Below, piece by piece: positions 63,318 to 64,000 of a stretch of DNA of 64,000 nucleotides. The notes under the pieces are model-generated. The model saw nothing but the letters and a program-made list of their open reading frames with translations. It ran no database searches and was not told where the DNA came from. Location: assembly GCA_963803145.1 (NCBI GenBank), contig CAWDLW010000008.1, positions 64,001 through 128,000 of the forward strand, written 5' to 3'. Each line of letters opens with the position of its first letter. Position 1 is the stretch's first letter. Source of the DNA: Methanotrichaceae archaeon. Its GTDB lineage: Archaea > Halobacteriota > Methanosarcinia > Methanotrichales > Methanotrichaceae. Position numbers and translations under genes: made by a program.

Positions 63318-64000
63318 ATGGAAAGCCCTGAGGATGAGAATGAAACGGAGAAAAGACAAGAATTGGCAGAATTAGCATTGAATTTCCTCAAAGCCGTAGC
63401 AAATATGGCAAAGGCCGAACTAGGTGACAATTTAATGCAGAGACAACGTAGCTCATGGATTGTACGTACTGAACCTGGTTTCTGGGGTAGTAAAGATTTT
63501 GAACGTGGAATCTTAAATAGCACAATCGTCTCCCAAATGTATGTGAGGGTATGGCAGCGCAATAGTTTTCGTGAGCAGCAGCGGTTAGAAGAAGCCCTAA
63601 GCAAAGCTAATATCCCAGCCACCAGTCATTTAGCTGGATTCTGTCTTCCTCTGTTAAATAATTGGCTCCGCATGCCTGAATCCCTTGCGTTCGAGAAATC
63701 AGTTATTTCAAGTTTGCTGGATGAGTTCGCGGATGCTGTATTGAAACGCCTAGGGATTTTAAGATCGCGTTTCGTAATTGATAATTTCGATCCAGAGATT
63801 TTGCCCATTTCCCTTGAAAAGGGCGTAATCATTCGTCAGATCACTAATGATGAGTTATGGGAGTTTGGAGATATTGAAAGATCGATGCGCTATATAGCTA
63901 AGAATCCATTTTATTACCCTAATGAATCATGGAAGATATTAGATATTAAGCTGCAATATAGAATCCCTTTTGAAATTAGGGAGTTATTGGATTTTGGACT
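63318..64000 (+). CDS. Hypothetical protein running off the window, possibly ApeA-like HEPN N-terminal part
   Basis: Open frame MESPEDENE..ISLEKGVIIRQITNDELW..; catalytic region not visible. Confidence 0.55.
   Translation, partial: MESPEDENETEKRQELAELALNFLKAVANMAKAELGDNLMQRQRSSWIVRTEPGFWGSKDFERGILNSTIVSQMYVRVWQRNSFREQQRLEEALSKANIPATSHLAGFCLPLLNNWLRMPESLAFEKSVISSLLDEFADAVLKRLGILRSRFVIDNFDPEILPISLEKGVIIRQITNDELWEFGDIERSMRYIAKNPFYYPNESWKILDIKLQYRIPFEIRELLDFG

Noticed and set aside
1-64000. CRISPR or other regularly spaced guide arrays
   Set aside because: No run of three or more equal repeats with unique spacers and no cas genes found by eye

Overview
Archaeal chromosome segment, most consistent with a Methanothrix/Methanotrichaceae-like methanogen (inferred from gene order and gene families, not from a database search). 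1-8 kb is core: the proteasome-exosome superoperon (psmA, SBDS, rrp4/41/42, rpl37ae, rpoP, Brix, pcc1, pfdB), tRNA-Arg(TCT) and deoxyhypusine synthase. The rest is mostly accessory. It includes a solo tnpB element and a ~7.6 kb AT-rich integrase island at tRNA-Leu(CAA) that duplicates the 5' part of the tRNA and carries ApeA-like HEPN and GIY-YIG genes. There are many secreted proteins (one with curlin-like repeats), an IS701/IS4-like and an IS630 element, and several eroded genes missed by the ORF track. A ~13.4 kb co-oriented signalling locus reads 2 solute-binding proteins > IS630-disrupted hybrid kinase > kaiC > three kaiB > multi-PAS hybrid kinase, with no kaiA. After surE and an ABC-2 exporter operon, a probable second mobile region starts at ~59.2 kb with a tandem array of secreted paralogues that share a leader element. 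No CRISPR array or rRNA seen.
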